In this document: in pieces, positions 44,669 to 52,619 of the stretch | Numbering within the stretch: the first letter of the stretch is position 1 | Layout of the letters: every line of letters starts with the position of its first letter | DNA from: an uncultured Oscillospiraceae bacterium | GTDB lineage: Bacteria > Bacillota > Clostridia > Oscillospirales > Oscillospiraceae | Reading direction: 5' to 3' | Assembly (NCBI GenBank): GCA_947627085.1 | Contig: CANQUO010000001.1 | Location: 1 to 53,295, forward strand | Length of the DNA: 53,295 bases | Program-made: the position numbers and the translations under genes | Notes under the pieces: model-generated | The model's input: the letters and a program-made list of their open reading frames with translations, nothing else | Database searches by the model: none | What the model was told of the DNA's origin: nothing

Positions 44669-45222
44669 AGGGAGTAGCCCTCCTTTTCAAGTGTTGATTT
44701 CAAGCTCAGCCTCAGCCGGTACATCCGCTTTGCCATACTTGCCGGAGAAACGCCCTCTCTCCAGGCCAGTACATTTACCGCCTCTCCGGCCCAATAGCGG
44801 CTTACAAAAAGGTCGCGGTCGTTTTCCGACAAGGACTTGAGCCAGGCGTTGATGATCTCGGTCAATTCCTGCTCTTCAATTTCGGCTTCTACGGAAACAG
44901 GAGACGGTACGCAATCCTCTAATTCGTTCAGGATTTCCTCCATACCCGTGTAGCGTTTCTGCCGATGGTTTTTCTTCCAAAGGTTATACGCGATATTTCG
45001 GACTACTCTCCCGAGCCAAGCGCCAAGCTTATCCGGCTTTTGCGGCGGTATCGAGTCCCATGTACGCAAATATGTATCGTTGACACACTCCTCCGCGTCC
45101 TCATGGACTGACAATATATTTAAGGCGATTGTGTGACAAAATCCGCCGTACTTCGCCGCTGTTTCCGAGATCGCTTTTTCATCCCGCTTGAAATACAATC
45201 CGATGATCTCCAAGTCCTCCAT
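44665..45222 (-). CDS. Sigma-70 family (ECF-like) RNA polymerase sigma factor
   Basis: Region 2 is HEDAEECVNDTYLRTWDSIP, and the region 4 motif is VLAWREGVSPASMAKRMYRLR. Confidence 0.85.
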   Translation of the reverse strand: MEDLEIIGLYFKRDEKAISETAAKYGGFCHTIALNILSVHEDAEECVNDTYLRTWDSIPPQKPDKLGAWLGRVVRNIAYNLWKKNHRQKRYTGMEEILNELEDCVPSPVSVEAEIEEQELTEIINAWLKSLSENDRDLFVSRYWAGEAVNVLAWREGVSPASMAKRMYRLRLSLKSTLEKEGYSL

Positions 45223-45591
45223 TCCGATCCCCCTTTCCGAGATTTGATTTTGAAGGCCTTCACCTGTAAAGACAACATTTCCGAGAAGATATTCCCCGGG
45301 TTTTCAAAATAATTGTAGCTTTTTTCAGTGAATATTTCTACCGTATCTCCCTTGCTTGGAATGGTGTGGGCGGGTGCCTTCATCTGTTTTATTTGTTACG
45401 CTTCTTTACCGCCCATGAGCGCTATACGAAGCGGCCCGACCTGCAGGCTGCGGTAGACAGCTACCACGAGGACGAGCATCAGGAACATCTGCGCCTCTCC
45501 AAAAAAATACCCACGCCACCCGCCAGATGCAGGACAAGGCTACAGAGACCATGGGAAATTTTATGTAGCAGATAATGTGAGGAATAATAAC

Positions 45592-45628
45592 GGGAAAGCA
45601 CCGGGCGCGTCCTGCCCGGTGCTTTCCC
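45592..45628. other. Strong orphan hairpin (15-bp perfect stem)
   Basis: GGGAAAGCACCGGGC / GCCCGGTGCTTTCCC with loop GCGTCCT. It is followed on the minus strand by GTTATTATT. Confidence 0.5.
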
Positions 45629-45679
45629 GTCACACGCGGGTTGGTCAACACATCACCGTTGGCCGCTGTTCAAAATCCG

Positions 45680-45708
45680 AATTTGTGACACCAGTGATGA
45701 CACAAATT
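45680..45708. promoter_or_regulatory. Operator-like inverted repeat upstream of the small ELYYGN-motif gene
   Basis: AATTTGTGACA-N7-TGACACAAATT, with arms complementary at 10 of 11 positions. Confidence 0.3.
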
Positions 45709-45808
45709 CATAGTGCTCGCACAAGCGACTTTCTCCCTTCTGCCAAACAACTTCTTCTCGACTTTCAACCCTCTCTGCGGTATTGTGTGTTGCCAAGGAG
45801 GGACGAAG

Positions 45809-46071
45809 ATGGATAATCTTATCAACGAGCTTTATTACGGCAATCTCTGCCCGGTCGAGCAAATGGGCCGACCAACGCCGGAGGAAAAGGAAGTTTTGAA
45901 GCGAATACATGAAAGCTACGTGCGATTCTCGATGAGCAGGAGAGAGCAATCCTTGGCGCAATTAAAGACGACTGTCTCGATGCGGCGAGCTCCATGGGTG
46001 AAAGACGTTTCCGTGAGGCGTTCAACTTGGGAGCAAAGTTAATGGTGGAGATACTCACGGATAAATATTAA
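45809..46071 (+). pseudogene. Frameshifted small gene (ELYYGN-motif protein, DUF6809-like, usually found on Firmicutes mobile elements)
   Basis: AAGGAGGGA RBS plus ATG at 45809, giving MDNLINELYYGNLCPVEQ...KRIHESYV. The family-like continuation AILDEQERAILGAIKDDCLDAASSMGERRFREAFNLGAKLMVEILTDKY* is in the -1 frame from 45922 to 46071. Confidence 0.55.
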
Positions 46072-46154
46072 TCGATAGTTGCTTTTATCATTTGCCTTCC
46101 TTCAACGCATTGTATCAGGATTTAAGGAAAATATATATTCCTTCCCCCAATATC

Positions 46155-46183
46155 TTGCGTAATTCTACCGCCTTTGCTATAAT
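46155..46183 (+). promoter_or_regulatory. Promoter of the Res/small protein/Mod/AbiH cassette
   Basis: TTGCGT (46155..46160), a 17-nt spacer and TATAAT (46178..46183), 43 nt upstream of the ATG. Confidence 0.55.
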
Positions 46184-46225
46184 ATACAGTGGTTTTTTGT
46201 ATAAAAACGCGGCGGAGGGGTCGGG

Positions 46226-49102
46226 ATGTTTTACAGGATGATCGAGAGTGCCAGGGACAGGTGGTTTGGGTCGGAGGACTGTACGGTTCGGGACCTTGTT
46301 AAATATATGGAGGCCCGCGGACAGATGCGGGATGCGCAGGTGGACGCCATAAAGACGTACCTCTTTTTGAAGATCGCCTGCGGTTGCAAACCGCTTTCCA
46401 GGCTGTTTTCCGAGGGGCGCTTCAACTCACTTGACATCGCGGAATTAGCCCTGCCGGACAGCGTGAAAAATTACTTCAGGGTCCATCCGTCCGCCGCCGC
46501 GCTCTACGAATACGCCACGCTCAAAAGCGACAGGGACCAGCAGATGTCGCCGGAGCTTGAAAGGGTTTTGGCAACTGACCCGGAGAGCGTTGACTGCGCC
46601 TACTTTTTCCGCAGGTCCTTTTATAATGTGACTTATACCGACTATCTTTTCAGCCTGCCCATGGGGGCGGGAAAGACATATCTCATGGCGGCGTTCATCT
46701 ATCTTGACCTCTACTTTGCCATGAATGAGCCGAAAAACACGGCTTTTGCCCACAATTTCATCATACTCGCGCCTTCGGGCCTTAAATCCTCCGTGGTGCC
46801 CAGCCTGCGCACGATCCAGAATTTTGATCCCTCATGGGTGCTCCCGGAGCCCTCCGCAAGTGCTGTTCGGCGCCAGATATCCTTCGAGGTGCTGGACCAG
46901 GAGAAAACGGCGAAGAAGTCAAATAAAACCAAGAACCCAAACGTCCAGAAAATTGCGAACCACCAGCCCCTGACGGAGCTTTTTGGCCTTGTGGCCGTCA
47001 CCAACGCCGAAAAGGTGATACTCTACCGTATCGAGGAGAAAAACGGTCAGTTCGATATGCTGGAGGACAGCGAGGACGAGAAGGACAGGCAGGCCAATGA
47101 GCTCAGGAATCTCATCGGCAAGCTGCCGTCCCTCTCCGTGTTTATCGACGAGGTCCACCACGCCGTCAGCGACGAGATTAAACTCCGCGCCGTGGTCAGC
47201 CGCTGGGCCGAGAATGGCGCTGTAAACTCAGTAGTGGGCTTCTCCGGCACGCCGTATCTGGAAAAGCCGGAGAAAAACGCCGTGACGGACAAGCTGTCCG
47301 TGGCCACGGCGGAGATCACCAATATCGTCTATTACTACCCGCTCATTGCCGGTGTGGGCAACTTCCTCAAGCGCCCGGTGGTGAAGATCGCCGACATGGC
47401 CGACAGCGCCCGCATCATCGAAAACGGCGTCCGGGAGTTTCTTGACACATACAAAAATACCGTCTACCGTGACGGCACAACGGCGAAGCTCGGCATTTAC
47501 TGCGGCACCATTGAAAAGCTGGAACAGCTTGTCTATCCGCTGGTGTCGTCTGTGGCCGCCGAATACGGCCTTTCCCAGAATACCATTTTGCGCTTTCACA
47601 AGGGCAACAAACAGTACCCGCAGCCGGCGGACAGCCAGATGGAATTTGACATTCTGGACAAGCCCATCTCCCGCACGCGGATCGTCCTTCTGGTACAGAT
47701 AGGCAAGGAGGGCTGGGACTGCAAGAGTCTTACGGGTATAATCCTCTCTCAGGAGGGAGATTGCCCCAAAAACATGGTGCTCCAGACCTCGTGCCGGTGT
47801 CTGCGTCAGGTGGACAAGGACGCCCCGGAAACGGCCTTGATCTACTTAAATGCGGATAACGCCGAAAAGCTCAACGAGCAGCTTGAACAACAGCACCATA
47901 TCACCCTTCGGGAGTTTACCGACGCCAAGTGCGGCGAAAAGCTTCTGAACCGATATGACAGGACGAAATATCTCAAGCTCCCCAAGGTGGAGTTTTATCA
48001 GCTTTGCGTCCGATTTGATACCGTTACCGCCGAGCCAGCCGATCCGGGGCGGGACATTGCCGCCGCGACAGTTGGCGCGGAGCTTGGGCTTGAGACTGTG
48101 ACCACCACGGACCTCACTATGAAGCCATTTATTAAGGAGATCGACGATGCCGAGCGCGGCGAGACCCCGGCGGAGTTCACCCGGTGGTTATATGAGATTG
48201 CCCGGAGCAGTATCGGGACTGTAACTATGGAGGTCCTTCGTGTTTACAGTGACGAGCTTAAAAGGGTGTTTGATACTGTTACATACGAGCGTGACGGCAA
48301 CCGCTTTTTCAGCTCCAGATTTGACCGGCGTGTAGTTGAGGCCAATATTCGCAAGGCATTCAGCGACAGACGCTCCTTTGAGACGGTGGAGGAGCTCATA
48401 CCGGAGGAGGCCGGGCTTCTCAATATAGCAAATTTCAGGCCGATCGTAAGGACCGACGAGCCGGAGGCCTATTACCCCGACGAGAGGACCGTGGAGAATA
48501 TCATATTGGCCGATGCCGGAAAGCTGAAAAAGGACCCCAGAGTTGAGGAGACAGCAAGGGCGTTGGAGGAGCTGGGCAATAAAAAGATGGCCGACGATTT
48601 GAGACGCAAGAGCAGCTCTCACGCCCAGAAGGACATATCCTTTCACTATCTGCCCTACCGCACTGACAGCGGCTTTGAGCGCCGCTTCATGGACGAGCTC
48701 CTGCCGTATCTGGGCGGGGAAAAGCTAAAGCCGTTTGACTTGGAGCTTTACTATAACGGCGACAGGGCGCTTACCGAGTTTAAGATAAAGTGCTACAAGT
48801 CCGTAAACGGCCACTGGCGGTATATTGGCCTCTACACGCCGGACTTTCTCATCCTCCAGCGCCGGGAGGGGCGGATACATAAGGCCATCATCGTCGAGAC
48901 CAAAGGCGAGGCCTACGCCGACGCCCAAAGCTTCAAAGACCGCCGCGCCTTCATGGAGACGGAGTTTATCAGGAAGAACAACGAGAAATTCGGGTATGAG
49001 AGGTTTGAGTATTTGTATTTGGAGGACAGTATGGACGAGAAACAGCGGATGAAGATAGTCAAGGAGAAGATTGAGGAGTTTTTTGAGGAGGCGCTAACTT
49101 GA
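46226..49102 (+). CDS. res: Type III restriction Res-like SF2 helicase with a C-terminal PD-(D/E)xK nuclease
   Basis: Walker A LPMGAGKTY, motif II VFIDEVHHA (DEVH), motif III GFSGTPY, QIGKEGWDCKSL and QTSCRCLRQ (motifs V-VI). The C-terminal YTPDF...IIVETKGE is a PD..ExK nuclease motif. At 958 aa, it is similar in size and layout to type III Res subunits. Confidence 0.75.
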   Translation: MFYRMIESARDRWFGSEDCTVRDLVKYMEARGQMRDAQVDAIKTYLFLKIACGCKPLSRLFSEGRFNSLDIAELALPDSVKNYFRVHPSAAALYEYATLKSDRDQQMSPELERVLATDPESVDCAYFFRRSFYNVTYTDYLFSLPMGAGKTYLMAAFIYLDLYFAMNEPKNTAFAHNFIILAPSGLKSSVVPSLRTIQNFDPSWVLPEPSASAVRRQISFEVLDQEKTAKKSNKTKNPNVQKIANHQPLTELFGLVAVTNAEKVILYRIEEKNGQFDMLEDSEDEKDRQANELRNLIGKLPSLSVFIDEVHHAVSDEIKLRAVVSRWAENGAVNSVVGFSGTPYLEKPEKNAVTDKLSVATAEITNIVYYYPLIAGVGNFLKRPVVKIADMADSARIIENGVREFLDTYKNTVYRDGTTAKLGIYCGTIEKLEQLVYPLVSSVAAEYGLSQNTILRFHKGNKQYPQPADSQMEFDILDKPISRTRIVLLVQIGKEGWDCKSLTGIILSQEGDCPKNMVLQTSCRCLRQVDKDAPETALIYLNADNAEKLNEQLEQQHHITLREFTDAKCGEKLLNRYDRTKYLKLPKVEFYQLCVRFDTVTAEPADPGRDIAAATVGAELGLETVTTTDLTMKPFIKEIDDAERGETPAEFTRWLYEIARSSIGTVTMEVLRVYSDELKRVFDTVTYERDGNRFFSSRFDRRVVEANIRKAFSDRRSFETVEELIPEEAGLLNIANFRPIVRTDEPEAYYPDERTVENIILADAGKLKKDPRVEETARALEELGNKKMADDLRRKSSSHAQKDISFHYLPYRTDSGFERRFMDELLPYLGGEKLKPFDLELYYNGDRALTEFKIKCYKSVNGHWRYIGLYTPDFLILQRREGRIHKAIIVETKGEAYADAQSFKDRRAFMETEFIRKNNEKFGYERFEYLYLEDSMDEKQRMKIVKEKIEEFFEEALT

Positions 49103-49530
49103 GCGAATTATGGGCAATTATTCTCGGCGCCGAGTTGGCCACGGCCGGAGGTTTGACGGGTACTTTGTTTTCAGAGCATCTGAAGAAACGGGAAATAATT
49201 TATAATGACAAAAAGGACGCATATATAAAATTATTAGAGGTGATCAACCTTATATATATGAAAGGAATCGACCCGGCAAATCGCGAGCAATGTAGCGATG
49301 AGATTTTCAAGGAGACGGCAAAGGCTCAACTATATGCCAGCAAAAGTGTAAAAAAATGTTACGATGATTTTTTCACCGTAGTCTTTGGTTTAGGTCCGGA
49401 CGATATAGCCGGTGATCCGAAATTGGAGGAGCTTAAGGAAGAAATGGTCACACAAATACAAGAGGATTTAGGTTTCAAGAGACCCGTTGTCGTGAATCGA
49501 ATTTTTTATAAATTAAAAAGTACGAGGTGA
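49099..49530 (+). CDS. Small (143 aa) N-terminally membrane-anchored helical protein of unknown function
   Basis: TTG start 8 nt after GAGGAGG, overlapping the res stop (TTGA). The hydrophobic N-terminus LWAIILGAELATAGGLTGTLF precedes a Lys/Glu-rich helical remainder. The gene is visibly more AT-rich than its flanking genes. Confidence 0.55.
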   Translation: MSELWAIILGAELATAGGLTGTLFSEHLKKREIIYNDKKDAYIKLLEVINLIYMKGIDPANREQCSDEIFKETAKAQLYASKSVKKCYDDFFTVVFGLGPDDIAGDPKLEELKEEMVTQIQEDLGFKRPVVVNRIFYKLKSTR

Positions 49531-49536
49531 GTATAC

Positions 49537-51543
49537 ATGCCGATTAAATACATCCCCTTCACCCCAGAACCCGTTGACGGCCAAGCTGTCCTCAATTTCA
49601 ACCGCGTCCTGAAATACAAGGGCGTGGACGATACCCGCATGGTTCTCCAGCGCGGGATGCCGCTTTATGAGGTGGAGTGTACCGAGCGGGTGGGGGAGAA
49701 CCCGGACGGGAATATGGTCATACGGGGTGAGTGCGTCTCCGCCTGCGCCTATCTGAAGGAGCGGGGTATTCAGGTGGACCTTGTATACATAGACCCTCCA
49801 TTCGCCAGCGGCGCGGACTACGCCAAGAAGGTCTATATCCGCCGCAATCCAAAGGTGGCCGAAGCTATCGCTGAGGCGGAGAAGGAGCTTGAGGTCGATG
49901 AGCTCCGGGCTTTCGAGGAGAAGATGTACGGCGACGTGTGGGATAAGGAGAAGTACCTTAACTGGATGTATGAGAACCTCATGGCCATCAAGAGCGTCAT
50001 GAGCCCGACCGCCTCAATTTATGTGGAGCTTGACAGCCACATCGGTCACTATGTGAAGATACTTATGGACGAGGTCTTTGGAGAGAATAATTTTATAAAT
50101 GAAATAATCTGGAAGCGCACCTTTTCACATTCGGACGTGGGGCAAGGAGCGAAGCATCTCGGACGGCTTCACGATGTGATATTTTATTATACGAATTCGG
50201 AGGAATACACTCTGAATACGGTTTATACCCCATACTCTGAGGAATATATAAAGAATTTCTACAAATTCACAGACCCGGACGGCAGGAAGTACCGTCTGGT
50301 ATCCATGCTCGGACCTGGAGGGGCGACAAAGGGTAACCCGTACTACGAGGTAATGGGCGTAACACGCTATTGGGCATTCAGCAAAGAGAGCATGAACAAA
50401 ATGATCGAGAACGGGCAGGTGATACAGACGCGCCCTGGAGCCGTGCCACAGCGCAAAAGATACCTGGACGAGTCAGAAGGAGTGCCCTTGCAGGACCTTT
50501 GGATGGATATTCCGGCTGTGCAGGGCGGGGCAATAGAGAATACCGAATACGCCACCCAAAAACCGGAGGCTCTGCTGGAGCGGGTCATAAAGACCTCCTC
50601 GAATGAAGGTATGCTCGTCGCCGACTTCTTCGGCGGCAGCGGCGTCGCGGCGGCGGTAGCGGCTAAGCTGGGCCGCCGTTTCATCCACTGTGACATCGGC
50701 CTCAATTCCGCTCAGACTACCCGTGACCGGCTCAGAGCGAACGGCGCTCAGTTTGATGTGATGGAGATAAAGGACGGCGTTCAGCTCTACCGCAATCCCG
50801 TCCAGACCATGGAGAAGATAAAGTCCCTGATTCCCGGCCTTAAGAACGAGGACTCCCTGGACTCCTTCTGGGAGGGTGTCATCTCCGACAGCCGCCTTGG
50901 GACCGTGCCTGTCTATGTCCCGAACCTGATGGACAGCTCCTCTAAGCTTCTGGACGAGGTGATGATGAACCGCATTCTCCACCAGGCCATACCGGAGCTG
51001 GACGGCAGTATCAAGAAGGTCATCGTCTACTACATAGACATCACCGACGAGGAGGCTATCCGGCGCTTCATCAAGGACGACGACAGCACTCTGGTGGAGG
51101 TTGAGCTTCGGGACCTGAAGACTGTGCTGGACGATGTAGTGGTGGGAGACTACGCGGAATTTCACGTGGAGCGGGACGAGAGCGACATGTTTGGCGGCTA
51201 CAACGTGGTGATAGACAAATTCATCAGCGACCGTGTTACGCGGAAAATTGACGAGTTTAACCAGAAATCGCGCCTCAACTCCGCCAAAAAGCCCTTCAAA
51301 CCCATTGAAATCAGCGCCGAGGGTTTGGAGCTTATTGAGTACCTGAGCCTTGACTGCACATCAACGGAGGGCGAATGGCACTCCGACAGCGAGGTCAAAA
51401 TCGACAAGAACGGATTCATCACCCTGAACGGAACGAAAACCAAAGACTTCTGGACAGGGTCTATCCATGCGGACAAGATGCCTCTGAGATTAAAAATCCG
51501 TAATATCTGCGGGGATGAGAGCGTGTGGGAGGTGAAAAGGTGA
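49537..51543 (+). CDS. mod: Type III Mod-like (beta-class N6/N4) DNA methyltransferase with a long C-terminal extension
   Basis: Motif IV is LVYIDPPFASGADY. After an approximately 290-aa variable region come EIIWKR and motif I VADFFGGSGVAAAVA, so the order is IV-TRD-I. An extra C-terminal stretch of about 270 aa follows. Confidence 0.8.
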   Translation: MPIKYIPFTPEPVDGQAVLNFNRVLKYKGVDDTRMVLQRGMPLYEVECTERVGENPDGNMVIRGECVSACAYLKERGIQVDLVYIDPPFASGADYAKKVYIRRNPKVAEAIAEAEKELEVDELRAFEEKMYGDVWDKEKYLNWMYENLMAIKSVMSPTASIYVELDSHIGHYVKILMDEVFGENNFINEIIWKRTFSHSDVGQGAKHLGRLHDVIFYYTNSEEYTLNTVYTPYSEEYIKNFYKFTDPDGRKYRLVSMLGPGGATKGNPYYEVMGVTRYWAFSKESMNKMIENGQVIQTRPGAVPQRKRYLDESEGVPLQDLWMDIPAVQGGAIENTEYATQKPEALLERVIKTSSNEGMLVADFFGGSGVAAAVAAKLGRRFIHCDIGLNSAQTTRDRLRANGAQFDVMEIKDGVQLYRNPVQTMEKIKSLIPGLKNEDSLDSFWEGVISDSRLGTVPVYVPNLMDSSSKLLDEVMMNRILHQAIPELDGSIKKVIVYYIDITDEEAIRRFIKDDDSTLVEVELRDLKTVLDDVVVGDYAEFHVERDESDMFGGYNVVIDKFISDRVTRKIDEFNQKSRLNSAKKPFKPIEISAEGLELIEYLSLDCTSTEGEWHSDSEVKIDKNGFITLNGTKTKDFWTGSIHADKMPLRLKIRNICGDESVWEVKR

Positions 51544-52619
51544 ACATTTTACTAATTGGAAACGGATTTGACTTGGCCCATGGATTACCGACAAGGTATA
51601 AGGATTTCCTTGGATTTATTTATGTTCTTAGTAAAGCGCCGGATTACAAGAATAAACCAGGTTATGCGGACCTTATTGAAAAAATGAATACTAATCCAGA
51701 AGTAAAGTCTTATTTGCGGAAAGAGTACCCTAACTATAAAGAATCACGTTCTAAAGAAATGTTGAGGCTTTCGAAGGACAATGTTTGGATTGAATTCTTT
51801 TTAAAGATTAATGAAACCGCACCAGACGGATGGGTTGATTTTGAACACGAAATAGCCATAGTGATTCAAACGTTTGATAAATTGCGCAATTTGGATTATG
51901 ACGATCGTGTAGGAACAGTACATTATGCAAAAGCTATGCCCGGTATACTGGAAAAGTATAATTTGTTTGATAGCACCAGGGTTTCTACAATAGAACCAAA
52001 TGCTACTAAACGCCTCCTCTCTGATTTGGAGCGTTTAACGCGATGCCTTGAAATCTATCTGCGGTTATGTGTAGAGATGATAAAGCCATCAGAAAGACTT
52101 TATGCTTTATCAGAGATCCGACGTGTTGATGCGGTGCTGTCATTTAACTACACCGATACTTTTGAAAAAATATATGAACCCTCGCTTGATACTAAACCTA
52201 AATACTGCTATATTCACGGAAAGGCTCGCTTTAAAAATGAGCGCGCAAATAATATGGTGCTTGGTATAGATGAGTACTTGGACGAGTTAAACCGTGATAC
52301 AAGGGTGGAATATATTAGGTTTAAAAAATATTACCAGAGAATATTCAAGTACACAGACTATAACTATACAGAGTGGTTTAAGCGTCAAGAGGAAAAAAGA
52401 TTATTTATTATTGGCCATTCTTTGGACGCTACGGATAAAGATGTCCTTAGAGAAATCATCACCGCGGATAGTGTGGAAACAATTATTTATTATCACAATA
52501 TAGATTCTAATGCTCGACAAATAGAGAATCTGGTAAAAGTACTTGGATATGACAAGCTCAATGAATTAGCCAGAGGACGCGGAGGAACAAGCAGTATTAA
52601 ATTCCGCCAGCAACTGTGA
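51540..52619 (+). CDS. abiH: AbiH-family abortive-infection protein
   Basis: NILLIGNGFDLAHGLPTRYKDFL is the AbiH N-terminal signature, and FIIGHSLDATDKDVL lies near the C-terminus. The GTG at 51540 follows GGGAGGTG by 5 nt and overlaps the mod stop (GTGA); an alternative GTG is at 51525. The gene is strongly AT-rich. Confidence 0.75.
   Translation: MNILLIGNGFDLAHGLPTRYKDFLGFIYVLSKAPDYKNKPGYADLIEKMNTNPEVKSYLRKEYPNYKESRSKEMLRLSKDNVWIEFFLKINETAPDGWVDFEHEIAIVIQTFDKLRNLDYDDRVGTVHYAKAMPGILEKYNLFDSTRVSTIEPNATKRLLSDLERLTRCLEIYLRLCVEMIKPSERLYALSEIRRVDAVLSFNYTDTFEKIYEPSLDTKPKYCYIHGKARFKNERANNMVLGIDEYLDELNRDTRVEYIRFKKYYQRIFKYTDYNYTEWFKRQEEKRLFIIGHSLDATDKDVLREIITADSVETIIYYHNIDSNARQIENLVKVLGYDKLNELARGRGGTSSIKFRQQL

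Noticed and set aside
45396-45488. A 30-codon hydrophobic ORF (MFLMLVLVVAVYRSLQVGPLRIALMGGKEA) with a GGAGAGG RBS, which could be a type I toxin-like peptide
   Set aside because: The same frame is open upstream and continues after one stop into another ORF (45120..45383). It therefore looks more like a fragment of a decayed larger gene. There is no visible antisense RNA partner or conservation evidence.
45913-45930. Programmed -1 ribosomal frameshift in the ELYYGN-motif gene
   Set aside because: There is no X XXY YYZ slippery heptamer or downstream structure at the switch point. A simple indel or sequencing error is more parsimonious.
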